A stretch of 49,190 bases of DNA, counting the filler, from Trypethelium eluteriae (taxonomy: Eukaryota), in NCBI GenBank assembly GCA_051942245.1. It is 2 parts of 2 records of this genome, joined end to end, with 100 filler letters (N's around TTAATTAATTAA, not from the genome) between each part and the next. Parts side by side here need not be neighbours in the genome. Positions count along the whole stretch, not along the records: positions 1 to 24,607 come from JAVECL010000400.1; 1 more part is not named here. One strand, 5' to 3'. Shown piece after piece: positions 1-13,043 of the stretch (positions are counted from its first letter, which is position 1; the number at the start of each line of letters is the position of its first letter). A program made the translations under genes and the position numbers. The notes beneath the pieces were generated by a model that worked only from the letters and a program-made list of their open reading frames with translations, had not been told where the DNA came from and searched no databases.

Positions 1-2387
1 CCCCCCGTATCACTACTATCCGCCACCGTCGCCAGCAGCTGGCAGACCTCCTCATACGTCCGGATCCTGTTGGCGAGGGCCAGGTAAATGGACGCGGTGG
101 CGTCGGACCCGAGCTTCAGGCTGCGCAGGCGGTCGTGCAGGTGCGAGAGGTCGAGGTCCTTGATCGGGCGGCGGGTGTAGATGACGGCGAGGTCGGAGAT
201 GAAGGCGTAGTAGGAGCGGGTGTTGCGCCAGCCCTCGATGCGGTGGATGTTGGCGGCGAGCTCACGAATGCGCGCCTCTTCCGAGGGCCAGACGTAGCCG
301 TGGCCCGCGAGTTGCGGGTCGGTCGAACTGCTGCCGTTGTTGTGGTGTTCGATCGCGGTGGTGGGGCTGGTAGAGGAGGTCGAGGGAGAGGCGGCCAAGG
401 GCGAGGTGGCGCTTTCTCCTGCGGACGGGTTTCCCACGCCGATGTAGATGGCGGAGGCGCCGTAGACGGATTCTTCGAAGGCCGCCGCGAGGCGGGTGAA
501 TTTGATGACGTAGGCGCGGAATTTGGAGCGCACGGCGGCTTCGCCGTGGCGCGAGTTGATGCTGTGCATGACGGAGTCCATGAATGCTGCGTCGCCGGCG
601 GCATCGGAGTGAGCGCTGGTGTTGGAGTGCGAGCTGAGACCCGGGACGGACATGCCCATGACGCCTGAGATGCCGGAAGCGGAGGAATCGGACGCGCTGC
701 GGCCGTTGCTGAGACTGGCTTGCTGTTGTTGGAAGAACTGGATACCTTCAGTGACCGAAGCACTTTCGATCTTGGGGCTGATTTTCATCTTGCCAGAGGG
801 GAGGTCGCAGAGGAGGTCCCACCACTCAGGCTTGTGCGCGAAAGCCGGATTTGTAACGCCGGCTACGAAGCCAGGTACTTTGAGAAGGTCATCGATCTTG
901 GTAAGATCGGTGTAGGGGAAGGCATGGCGGGTGAATCCCCTGAGTATACCACCTGATGCGAGGGAGCAGGCTGCGAGCACTGCTTCTGCTACCTCGCCTG
1001 AAGGCTGATTGTGACCCAGAAATATTACCCGTTTCTGCGTCAGCAGAGCATTCAGTAAAACGATAATCGGATGAGTCAGTGGGCCAGACGTTGTAAGATG
1101 AGGGTGGGTCTGAAACTGCTCGGGTGATCGTGAGTGCCCTGAAGCGAATGTAGTGATCAATTTGATCAAAGAAAAGTCGCCGACAGTCTCAGGAGCGATG
1201 GCTGTTGGCACCTTAATTGGAACAGGTACGCCGTTGTACTGTACTTTGGATTCAAATTCGTGGGTGTCTCGCGGAATGGTAAAGCGTTTGCTCGGCTTCC
1301 CATCCGAGCTCGTGGGTGAGAGGTGCTGGCGAGCGGCGTCTTCGGCCATTCGCTGCTGGATCATTTGCTCAAATTTCTCGACAAACATGTCTTTAGCATC
1401 CGAAGATTGTAAGATAGATCGCTCAAAATATGACATCTTTGGCATTAAAGAGAGATCCATAGAATTGACAGCGTGATACAGCAATGCTAAAGTTTCCTGT
1501 GTGGGTGCTTGAAAGTAGGTTTCTAGAGCTAAAAGTAAGAGAGGCTGTCTATATTAGCCTTGACCCGGTATACGTGAGGCTACTTCAATATACCTTGTAG
1601 ATGTGGAGAAATGAATGTCGAGTACAGATCGCCATGGATTTAACGACAGATCCCCTGACACGACTTAGAAGGCGTACGAGATCACGACGCAGAACCGAAC
1701 TGACCGTTTGACCGTAGTATCAAGTTTCGTATTCACAAGATTTAGCACGTAAATCAGAGGTGGACCATTAATCACTGCATCCTCATCCTCATCGTCTTCT
1801 GAGTCTATGCTGCCTTCATCCTCGAGTTCCCCACCTCCTTCGCCATTGCCTTCTTGAGCATCGCGCCTCCGATTCTCGATTTGCTTTCGTCTCTGGCGCC
1901 GCTTCTCTCTCCGTTCTTCCTTTGCTTCATCTTCTGCAGTCGTATCCTTGTGGAGGAAAAATATTGTCCAGTCCTGACTTCTCGTATGCGTCTGATCTGG
2001 CAGCATGAGTTCTGCCAGCATGTGCTCGTCTCCACTAATTGGTCCCGGGTATTGGTGCTCCATGACAGACCCACGGTCAATGTCAAAAGAGGCAACCAGG
2101 ATATACTCGACATGGTTTTCGGTGGAGTTGGCAGGGTATTGGGACTTTAATAAAGCAGCTTTTCGCTTTGGCGCCGTACTTGGATGGGCTGCTGGGATAG
2201 ACGATTGTGTCGAAGGCGTTCGAGAGTGGCCATTGAGTGTCTTGTTGTTTCTTTGCGGGGAATCTTGCAGACCATCATCTCGATTAGAAGCAATAGATTC
2301 TGAGCGGGCATTGGAGGAGCGACGAGTATGGCTGGATGATGGGCCTGCACCACCCGTGCTCGGTCGATAGGGAAGAATCGATGTCAT
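1..2387 (-). CDS. mesA: Arf3-interacting polarity protein Afi1/MesA-like (3' end runs off the window)
   Basis: N-terminal motif [24 protein letters not shown]...[24 protein letters not shown] is typical of Afi1/MesA. Introns at 1704-1655 (GTCAGT..CAG) and 1593-1545 (GTATAT..CTAAT..CAG) join to [22 protein letters not shown]. Coding continues through ...[12 protein letters not shown]... toward position 1. Confidence 0.85.
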
Positions 2388-2870
2388 TGTAGGTCACGCA
2401 TTTGGTTCTCAGCTCTTGTTTCAAGATTAAGTGGCATGGGATCTCAGAAAAGGAGAACGTCGGACGGACGGGCGACCTCAGCCGTGTCTCAAAGTCGTTG
2501 CTGCATCACTCCGTAGAAGCGAGGCATGCGCCATGCTCGATCTTCAGTCCTTGTAGGCAAGAAGGCGGATTCTGCAAAGCATTGGTGCGAACACTGTCAT
2601 GCCCCATTTCAACTGACGATTGAGGCTCAGACCCTGTCCCGAAACGTCGGGTCGGTTCGCTCGACACGCCCTAGACGTGGATCTGCACGTGACTTTCCGT
2701 AGATTTAGGCCGTGCCCGCAATGCGTTGTCCCAAAACGGATAAATGTGTACATGACGAAACATCCACAGGAACAACCGCCCTTTACGTATCGTGACTACC
2801 GGACCTGACTGAAAGCGTCGACAGAACCTACAGAATTTGCCTTCGCACTCTTGTTGCAAGAACTCAGAAC

Positions 2871-3882
2871 ATGGTACTGTATAATCTCGTTCGCATCCAC
2901 TCAGCACCACTGACATTCCTGCGAGCAGTCAACAAGCCCGTACAAGCCATCGCCTTTATCCTTCAATTCTCCACGCCGCTCACCGTTTCAACGATCGGAC
3001 TCCAGGCCTGGATCTCCACTCACCGTACGCGCCTCGACGCCTGCTGGTATATCACAGAAGCCCAGTACACCTACGGCTTCTCCAGAAAAACGCGGAGGAA
3101 GTTCAAGCCCGTGGGCAAGTACGCGGGCGACGCCGGGCGGGCTTGAGCTTCCTGCGTCACCCTCTCGCAATCCGAGCAGAGACAGTAACGTCTCGGACGA
3201 GAGTGCAGGGTTCAATGCCACAACGACCTTTGCAAGGCCGACTTCGTCTCCGTCAGACACTGGTGACGCCCCAAGTCCACTGCGGCAAGCACCCTCTCTA
3301 GCTACAAGTACACCAATCTATAGCAAGAACAGCAAGAGCAACCATAGCAACCCAGATGTTCTCTCTCACCTACCCCCAGCCCAACTACGCTCCATGCGTG
3401 AATCATTCCAAGTTCTTGATGACAAAAACACGGGATCCATTAACGCTGTAGACGTATCGGCAATGTTGCAGCAACTAGGACTTGACTCGTCCCCTGCTAC
3501 CTTGTCTACTTTTTTTCCTCCTAGCTCATCGGGTTCGATGAGTTTGGCAACCTACCTCAACAATCTCGCGTCTCTCCTGGCTCCGCTTTCAAGTCAGGAA
3601 GAGCTTGTCGCGGCCTTTGCCGCTTTTGACGATGACGACAGCGGAGAAGTGGACTTGAAAGAGCTAAAGGACGCCGTCATGAACACCGCTCCAGGATCCG
3701 GAGACAGAGCTATCGCCGAGAGAGAGTTCGACGCAGCCATTGACGGTTTCAAGGGGCGCCGAACTTTTGGAAAGGGCAGCGCCGGCGGGATCGCCAGGGG
3801 AGAAGTTTTTAAGTATAGAGATTTTGTAGCTAGCATCGTGGGTGGGGCCAATAATGAGGGTCGACACGCTATCAAGGGCTGA
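2871..3882 (+). CDS. EF-hand protein, myosin regulatory light chain/calmodulin-like, with a long Ser/Pro-rich N-terminus
   Basis: ATG at 2871-2873, then intron 2874-2928 (GTACTG..CTGAC..CAG). Exon 2 starts at 2929 (STSPYKPSPLSFNSPRRSPF) and is in frame with the 3394 ORF. EF-hand-like loops MRESFQVLDDKNTGSI and AFAAFDDDDSGEVDLKEL. Confidence 0.8.
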
Positions 3883-5596
3883 CCATGCTGTCGATGAAGC
3901 TCGGTCTGAATTTTGTGGATTCTGAAAACTTTCTATTGTTCCACTCTTCGGTGCTTTACGTCGGCATGTGCAGCACGGGGGTGACGGTTGTTCCTGCCCG
4001 AATGGTGAAGTGGTACCTTGCTGACACAAATCTTCCCAAGTGCCTCGATGGCTTCTTCGTGTAAGAGCTAGGTATCAAGGTAAATTGTGCTTATGGGCGT
4101 TCGTGGCGTTATACACTTGTACTGCGGGATTCACTCCAGTTTCTCCACAAACTTCTTCAGCCTTGCATTAGGTCTAAGGGAAACCTGGCAAGACTTGAAT
4201 CCTTCGATTCCGTCATGCAATGCATCCAGATGTGCAGCTGGCTTCCCATCCGCGTGGTCGGGGAATTGGGCGCGACATCTCATCCTGGCATGACTCGTGG
4301 CGTACCCCTTTTTTGCTCCTCGAAGGCGGATTGTGAGACAGCCGTTCCTGTGCCACAATCGGACTGCTTTCAGCTGACAGCTGTTGCGTACCCGCACTTC
4401 AACGCTAAATCCATCCAGCGGCCCTTGCTTGATATTCCAAACGCCCCAAGCGAGCGGTCATCATGGTCAAAGCTCTCATGATGCCACCGATCCCACCGAC
4501 GCAGTGCTACAAAAGCTGTGGTAACGACTGGACGTTAGTACCGTTCGGGTCAACGGCCTAGTGGAGCGGCAGTGACACTGCGAGACGTGACCGTTCGGCT
4601 AGAGACGTTGAGACCGAACGCGTTTTCCAGCAAGGAAAGTCGGACAGCAGCGATCCAAAGTCTATCTCCCTCTTTTCCTTATTAGCATGTATCTCCAATC
4701 TCACGATGTACTTCGTTGGTTCATTTTGTCCTTACCAACGGGAGCTGTCGTACGCCGGCACGCGACTCTATCTGAGGCCACTAGAGGATTTTCGCATTAA
4801 ACCCGTAGCAGGGATTCAACGTGCGTCCCAGCACCCCAGCATCCCCGGATTTGTGTAGGTGCAGGGATTTCGACTGCTTCTAGTGGTACGAAGCCCTGCA
4901 TTGCCAATTAATCGCGACCTCGGTCCGGCGCTCCTCCACCTGCTGGAGGGGGCGTCCGCTCTCATCCCGGTCCGTGAGGATTGGCTGGGTAAAGTGCAAT
5001 GATCGCCCTTGCTTCTAGCAAGGCTCTCCCCCGTTTCCTGGGTGTCAGATCTGCGGTATCCTTCTCATAACATACGTACTCCTTAGGTCGAAGGGACGGC
5101 GGGGACGTCTCCCGTTGACCAGCAAGGGCCTCGTCAATGCCCCATCTCATCCACTCCACGCTTCCGGATCCTGTACAAAACTCACGCGCGTCTGCACTCC
5201 CCTCGACGGCTTGCTGCACGCGCACGGGGTATTCACCTAGTTAGCTAACGCCGCTTTTCACTCTCGCTTCCAGACTTTACTCTCCCTCGGCCTGTACTTT
5301 TGGAGCCAGGCGCACCCACTCACTTTTCAAGTCACTCCGTAAGGAGTAACTACCGTTCGGCAACTCACCAGTCGATCTGCAAAGTCCTCCCTCTTTCAGG
5401 ATAACTTGGTCGGAGTCTTGTCTTCGGTTTCCTTCATTCTTGAAGATTTCTCTCTCTCTGACTCGACTGTATCTCAAATACACGAGCATTTCTACCGGCC
5501 CATCCACTCGCCCGTCCATCGCTATTAACCATGCCATATCGTCTGATGTACTACATCTAGACTTCGTTCCTTCACAGCTTCATTCACAGCAGCACA

Positions 5597-7188
5597 ATGT
5601 TTTCACACGGCCAGCTACTGGCCATTGAGGCCATTGAGCGTATCATGTCCGTCGTTTCCCTCTGTGGAGCGTTGTTCATCATATGTTCATTCTTGCTTTT
5701 TCGTAGAATCCGCAAACCAATCAACCGACTAGTCTTCTATGCAACTTTTGGCAACTTGCTCACGAATGTCGCCACTCTTGTTTCCACCAGTGGCATTCAT
5801 GCCGGCAACAGCAGCGCCTTGTGCATTTTCCAAGGCTTCTTCATTCAAATGTTGATGCCCGCTGATGCCTTTTGGACGTTTTGTATGGCGCTGAACGTCT
5901 ATCTCACCTTCTTCAGAGGTTATACCGCAAACGACTTGCGGAGACTAGAGAAGTGGTACTTCTTGGGGTGCTATGGGGTTCCTTTTATACCAGCCCTTGT
6001 CTACTTGGTTGTCCAGTCCGCTGGCGGTCCAAAAAACATATATGGAAATGCAATGGTACGCGAACGAGAATTAAGTTTCCTAGTCACCTCAGTCCGCTGA
6101 CATATTATTAGATCTGGTGTTGGGTATCCCTCGATTATGATTGGATGCGCATAGCCTTCTTCTACGCACCTGTATGGTTCATCATCACAATCATTCTTAC
6201 TATCTATGTTGCCACTGGTAGAGAAATCTTTATCCGCCGCGCCGCTCTACGCGAGTTCGAACATCAAACCACTGATGACCTCTACGTCAAAGACACCAAG
6301 CCCTTACCTTCAGCTCCTTCGATCGGCTCGTCGAAGAGTGAACATGGCTTTGGAGCTGTCACCAAAGTTACTGAAATTCAGGTTACATCTGAGCCGATCA
6401 AACTCGAAGTTTTCAATCCTTTGACGACCACGCGGAATGAGGCTTCCCCACCTGGTCCCGTTGAGCCCGATTATGATAATGATCGTCTTTCCTTCTCTAG
6501 CCAGCAGCGTCTCAGTGGCCCATCAACACCACCCACCAGCAAACCCCAATTCTGGTGGTCCAAAACATCCGGTTCGGAGAAGCCTGATCCTTTCACGAAC
6601 CCTATTCATGACCATGGCATGAACACTAATGTCGTCACAATGGTCACGGCCGATGCTCCAACTATCAAAAGGTCACCCAGCCTAAAGGTGATTCAAACAA
6701 GCGCCTCGCCCACTGCATTATCAACACCCGAACCTCGCTCACCCGTTTCACCCCTCGCCCCCAATCATCCTGATGGTCGCGTATCCACCTTCTCTAATGC
6801 CTCTCTGGCCCGCCCCCACACAGCCGGTTCCGAACATGTTCGGCGGCGCCTTACTGCTTCTCAATCCGCTAACAAGGCTGCGTTATCCTATTACAAGGTC
6901 GCTCTGCTGATGTTTGTGGCTCTCAGCGTGGTTTGGATTCCCTCTACCATCAACCGTCTCTACAGTCTCGTCGTGCCGGAGAAGCAAAGTTTTCCGCTGA
7001 ACTTCCTTGCCGCAGGAGTCTTGCCCATGCAGGGAGCTTGGAATGCAGCGGTGTTCCTAGGTACGAGTTGGACCGAATTGAAGAAGGGCGTTCGAGAGTT
7101 GAGAGAGGGAAAGACGCAAGGACGCAAAGGCAGCGTCTTCAGCGACCTGGACACGGACAATGGTGGATGGAGGAGATGGAAAGGCTAA
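5597..7188 (+). CDS. cAMP receptor-like (Dicty_CAR family) G-protein-coupled receptor
   Basis: Multiple hydrophobic helices, with motifs RKPINRLVFYATFGN, LCIFQGFFIQMLMPADAFWTFCMALNVYLTF and VWIPSTINRLY. Intron 6056-6111 (GTACGC..CTGAC..TAG) joins YGNAM|IWCWVSLDYDWMRIAFFYAPVW. There is a long Ser/Pro-rich intracellular loop. Confidence 0.9.
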
Positions 7189-9416
7189 TGGGCCGAAGGC
7201 AAACCCCTCGGCTGAGAAACGTCGAGATACGATCTTGGAGCATTTTACGATCTTTCATCTGACAGAACTCAGATGTATGGGAGGTGGCGTGGCTTGCTTG
7301 ATTTGACCTTGGGGAGTTTCGCTTCTGATACCAGGCCAGCGCGTTTTCGTGTTATTGTATGGCGCCCGCGAATTCTACGTGTACAACTACTATCTGCCTC
7401 GATGAGAGGCGCTACGCCAAAAAGCTTGTTAACAATACCCTCAAGCACTTCCAGAAAAATGAACAAACTACGTTCGCTATTACAGAACCAATCAATTCTC
7501 TAGAGCGTACCCACCCTAAGCCCCTTTCTAAGCACTTATCTCGTCATCCTCAGGCCGATATCGTGTACTGTCAAACGCTTGTCGCAACCATCCGAGAGGT
7601 CGATATTGCGATTCCAAATTATTGGCCCAACGCTTCTCTGCAGCGCCTTCGTTGTGCGTCTCTGTTAGGCACGGCGCTGCCGAAGCTCCCACGCACTGCA
7701 GGGTACCTGCACTAGCTTAATGCTCCGGCTGCCCTTGCGTTCGCGTGCGTTGTCAGAGCCATATGTGCGATTTCACAAAAGAAATCTTTGGTACCCAATG
7801 CAAGCGAGCCACAAAATTGGATTAAAAGTAGGGTTTTCAAGGGTAACGGCCTCACTTCAGGGGGTTCTGATTGGCGAGATGAGGGAAGTCACGGAGCTAA
7901 GGCTCGGGAAAATCACAAATCAAGCGCATGCAGCCGCGCCTTGCATTCCATTTTATCGTACATCAACTCAAACAGACAAGATCATCCACTCCCATTTCCT
8001 TGCTGCTCTTTCCATCCCGATCCAGCTCCGAGCCACTATCGGCATTTCTACGAGAGCAGATCGTCATAAATCACATTCAGTCTGGCTATGGAGTTACCAA
8101 AGACGTCATGCCCCATTAGAAAGTTTCGTATGGTCACAATTCTCTTCAACAAGCTCCATAAGTCCCTCGTTGGCAGGGAAGCTGAGAACCTGGAGGATGC
8201 CTCGCTTAAGCAAGCCTCGCATCAGACCTCTCAAGAGCAGAGGCGTCACAGGGAGCGTATCTCATCGAGCATCGTAATCTGCCTGACTCATTGAGTGTGA
8301 TTGGATCCAGCGGAGGACGCACTTAAGAAAGCTCTGGATCGTTGATGTTCTGGCCTCATTGACTTAACCTTAGGTCGCCTCATTGGTCTGAACGATCATT
8401 GTATGAACCCTTAGTCCAACTCAATGAGAACATCAGGTATCACATTCTGTAGGGAAATTTGCAATACATCTGACTGGTTCGGATTGCACAGCTCCTCGAA
8501 ACCACTTTCTGTCTTCCCAGCGATCGACTGCCGACGGAGGCAGTAGGTGCTCTCCTTCAGCACGTCTGCATATCTAAGAACATACGCTATCACCCTATAT
8601 TCAACCAATAGACGTTGTGCTCATTGAGACGCTCTACACAGGGAGGGAATTCCAGGCGACACGAGTCCACCCCGCTCTCTACCCATGTCTGTACAATATT
8701 TCCACATCCCATTTATCGCACAGCACAGCTAGATCGTGTAGCAGCGTAAGGGGGGTTGCTGTAGGTACTTCCGCGGAACGAAAATGCAAAATTTGAAGCA
8801 CCAGACTCAGAGTGTCGGGATCGTCGTCCTAGAACGGGATTTCATCCGCATATTGTTCTGCAGATGTGATTGCTTTTTGTGCTCAGCAATTCCCTGGAGG
8901 CGTTCAAACATGGCTTGCCAGGGGATACGCCAGGACCATGATGCACCTGCAGACGGCGAAAGTTGCAGTCTTGAAGCCCTTCCGGACTGTGGGTCGGTAA
9001 TCGGCCCGGGCACGAAGGATTTCCACAGGGACCTCTGCCATCGTTGAAGAAAAAGATTAGTGTGTTGCATGAAGAGCATGGAGCAGGCAACTCGCTGATT
9101 GATGGCTCCTGTATTACGGCAATGGAAGGAAGTAATGATATCTATTCTTTCTGCGGTATAGAGAGAGAGACGGATTCAATTCGATGGCACTAGCAGCTAC
9201 TGGAGTCTAGAGATAGAACCGTGGACAGTTTCAATCCAACAGAAGCAGCTACATATAACGTTGCATCCTCCAGGATTTTGTAGTCCATCTTATCTTCCCG
9301 TTCCCTGTCATCCTGGATTTAAGTCCGTCGGGATAGTGATGGATTATGACAGCAGAAAGCCTCTCTGAGCAAGTAGAGTATCGTAGATCCGGGATTGACT
9401 GAGCCACAAAGAATAC

Positions 9417-9774
9417 CTACATAGTAGCGTGCGGGTCCACGTATGGCACCGGAGTGAGTAGAGGTGCGTCATTATCGTTGTCGTTCGACTGATCTACCCA
9501 TAGTGTACGACCCACGAACCCCTAATTATTGAGGTGATTTACTGCTGAAGTGGCTGCATAGTTATCATGAAATGTAGCTAAGCCGGAGCCATTTGATTTT
9601 TCACTCTCGCGGTTGAGGATCAGCCTAAACCGTGGTCTTTGTCCAACTCGGCTCAGCGTATCCGTAATCTGTTCTTCACTGACAGCTGATATAGCCCAAT
9701 TATATTGCACGTAGCGGCACTCGCAATCACTGGCTTCAGCCAATGTTACCCACGAATAAAGTCTCTAATGCCAT
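9417..9774 (-). pseudogene. Degenerate, truncated RRM resembling the N-terminus of Rna15/CstF-64
   Basis: LFVGNI (RNP2), then after an intron-like gap VSEEQITDTLSRVGQRPRFRLILNRESEKSNGSGLATFHDNYAATSAVNHLNN*GFVGRTLWVDQSN. This parallels the Rna15 consensus (SEEQI..IFS.VG.V..FRLV.D.ETG.PKGFGF.EY.D...A.SAVRNLN.Y...GR.LRVD.SN). It has an in-frame TAG at 9522-9524, an eroded RNP1, no GT donor and no C-terminal domains. Confidence 0.65.
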
Positions 9775-11153
9775 TTTGTAGTTGCGACGGTTTATGAGAG
9801 TGAGCGTACAGTAGGAAGTCTGATGTCGGGCGGGGAGTACTCGAGAACAACAAAGGTCCGCACCTATCGTACCTGTTGCACGCAAAATCCTCCATATTTC
9901 GTACCCGTGAGTGATTGTGCTGAAACTTTGTGTTTTCCCCACGAATTATGCACCCCACCAATATTGCTTTTGAACCGGTGGGTCTACGACTTGCGCGACG
10001 TCGTCAGGATGCCTCGTAGCGGTGAGGGGCGCCGAGAAAAGGATTCCGTAGGTGGCGCTCGTATCGACAACGTGTGGCTGTCTTGCTATCTTGCGACAAT
10101 TGTCTGGAGTGGAACGCTGTGCTTCTACACGGTTCTCAGAGAAATATTTACATATATATATACTAGAGAAGCCTCTATTTCGCTATCAAAGGTGCCCAGG
10201 TAGCTGATTAATGTGTATAGTTTAAGGATCCAGCAGTGCAATACAGTGTGATTTTCTCACCCTTTGCCCCCTTTCGATTAGCTGTCCGGTGAATTCATGA
10301 CTAGCATTTTTGCTAGAGATCCTATTGATAGCTAGTGCTACCCTCTGACCACAGCAGGGCTTGTTATACATACCACAGCCCCACTGGCTTTGTCCCTGCT
10401 CTATTCTCTTTACTTCTGAGATTGGAACAGGCATCCAAGCACCACCGCCATGGAAAGGGAATTCGATGCTGCATTCAAGCCGAAGGTGTAACGCGGCTTA
10501 AAGCAGAGTGATGTGCGAGTGGGGGTCCAAGCTTGCATTAGCGTAGACACAAACACTCCGGATGGATTACTACCTAGCTGATTACATATCACCTTATTGG
10601 ACTCTGTCTTTGGAGTATGTACTCCGTATAATGATCGCATGCTTGCAGCGAGCGAGACCTTTTTCCTCTTCTGACTTTCACTAGACGAGCGCGGATGCAG
10701 AATGACATAATTGTGAGTGATCTGACAAGATACTGATGCACATTTGTCGCGTTGGGCACCTATTCTCAAGTTGTGATAATTTGGCGCTTTCGGCTTCACC
10801 AGCTTTACAGTGTAGTCCAAGGGGTATATTCTAGACGTTCATCCCGTAAAAAGAGCAAAACCCACATGCTCAATATCAGGCACCAATTCATGACGCGAGC
10901 CATCCGAAGCCAACCCGGGATATACATCTGAACGTGGACGCGTAACGTGAAAATAGCATATCCAAGAGCAAGGTGCGCCACCCGAGGACGTATCAAACCA
11001 ACCAACACAGGAGAGATGGTCAAGACAGTCTAGGGTATACATAGAAAACATACCCAACAACTGCCACCGAGAAAAAGAAAAGCCGCATCTTTAGAGTTCC
11101 CTAGAAACCATAACGAACAAGAATTCAAAGGAAATTATGTAGCATTACCTCCA

Positions 11154-13043
11154 TTACTGCTTTCTCTCTCTCATCTCCCCCTCGTCTCCAGCCTTTTCGG
11201 CAGCAAGACCAGAGCTGATGCCGGAGACCTGACGCTTGATCTTGCCACTTTGAAGTCCAGTCTCGTGATCAAGGAGCGGGATAGCATCGAGGCTCCCACT
11301 TCTACCATGGTTTCCAGTGCTCGTGTCTTCTTGATTTCCAATACCAAGTCCAGGTATCAGTCCCCCACCATCACTCGCATCGCTGGCTTTCCTCTCTCCA
11401 TTTTCCTTCACAAAGGGATCGTTCCCCTTCTCAACAGCCGGCGTTGACGCTGTGCTCGTAAACGCGCCAGGAGCCTGCGCCGCTTGTCCCAGGCTCACAC
11501 CATCCACTGGCGTCAAGAGAGGGGTTATTTTGCCCTTCGGGCCCTCTGGACTCTGCTGCCATTTGGCCACATCCTTTTTCAGCGCCTCGAGCTCCTTCTG
11601 GAAACGCTTTCCGAAGACATCGAGATAGTAGGATGCGCCGTTCCAGCAGCTCCAGGCGAAGACCACCATCATATATGCGGCACTGAACCAGCGATAGCAA
11701 AACCAGATCGGGCATGGCAGCATTGTGATGAGCGCATAGATGTACTGGATCATCATGAAGGTAGGCTCTTGCAGAGCTTCGGGTTGTCGAAGGACAAAGT
11801 TGCCAAGCCAGGTTCCCTTGTAGGATCGACGAAGCCAGGTAAAGGAGGTTGGGCGTCCTGCAGCAATCTTTTCTCGACGGCGAACAGTGATAAAGAAATG
11901 GTAGGAGAGTTGCCAAATAGCATAGGGGATCGTAGCCCAGAATAGCATCTCAGGAAGAGAATAGTAGAAAGGACCTCTACTTTGCGGGTTCTTGAGGGTC
12001 CAAATAGCGGGAAAACGGACCTTTTGTTCGGCCTCAGGGAAGAGATGAACGAGGCAGTGAAGAGTTACTGGTGGCATAATGTGTATGAAGAGACTGAGTA
12101 TTCATGTCAGCGCATGCTATTATTCGAGCTTCTGCATAACACACCTCGTCACTTTTTCCACGGAATGGAAGACAAGCGAGTTTCTCCACATGGCAATAGC
12201 AACAGCATTATTTCCGAATGCCAGACAGAAGGCACTGATGAATAACCGCTTGGAGCGCGGGAAAACCCAGATGCTCAAAACCGTGAGAAGGTTGACGAAA
12301 TAGCACAAATCCACCAGAAAGTAATGCATCCCTCTTCGATGATATGTGATGAACCGGATTGGCATAAAATATATTAGCTGAGCCGCATACCAGTAGTGAA
12401 ACCATTCCGGGTGGGCGCCAATGAGATAGCCGCTGATAAAAATGTTCATACACCCTGCAATGAACGAAACCTTCTCTCGGAGAGTAATAGTCTTTGAGTT
12501 GTTCCATCGCTTGCCTAGCCGGTCAACAGAGTCCCGCATACGCTTCCGGTACTTATCAAGCTGCTCATCCGCTGTAGGTAAACGCCTCCGCCATTCGTCG
12601 ACCACACGATCCTTCGCGCTGAGGCCTGTCGTCTTCAGTCGCTGTTGCTGCCGTCGAACGCGCTCTGTATGGATAGACGCCATATGCTGAATCTTCTCGA
12701 GCCGCTGCGGCAGCGCAAGGTTCTCCAGGATGTCCAATATTGTCATCTTTTCTAAAGGCGGAAACTGGTCATCTTCTTGGAACGAACTAGTCGAAGCTGT
12801 TCGAGAGAGTCCAATGGAGGGAGATGGCGGAGATGAAGAGGTATTTGGCGTCTTGCAGCCATTTGGTCCGAGGCCAGCCGGAGGACCTTGAAGTCCTGCA
12901 TTTGGAGAAGAGATATCTCCATTGGACGAAAATGACCCTCGAGGTGTCGATCCGCTGAACAGATCAGGGGAGCCAGAGGTCAATGTCTCGTCCAAGCCAG
13001 CCGGCTGCGACTTGGATTTAGGTATAGGTATAGGTGCTGACAT
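11154..13043 (-). CDS. GPC1: Glycerophosphocholine acyltransferase Gpc1 (DUF2838) membrane protein
   Basis: Motifs REKVSFIAG, HYFLVDLCYFVN, GNNAVAIAMWRNSLVFHSVEKVT|SLFIHIMPP, GRPTSFTWLR and WNGASYYLDVFGKRF. Intron 12144-12094 (GTGTGT..CTGAC..CAG). Start placed at MSAPIPIPK (13043) because the ATG at 13136 lies inside a probable 5'UTR intron (13311-13130). Confidence 0.88.

Noticed and set aside
116..1476. ORFs 116-763(-), 135-668(+) and 1153-1476(+)
   Set aside because: These are alternative-frame or antisense shadows of the GC-rich mesA/Afi1 coding exon.
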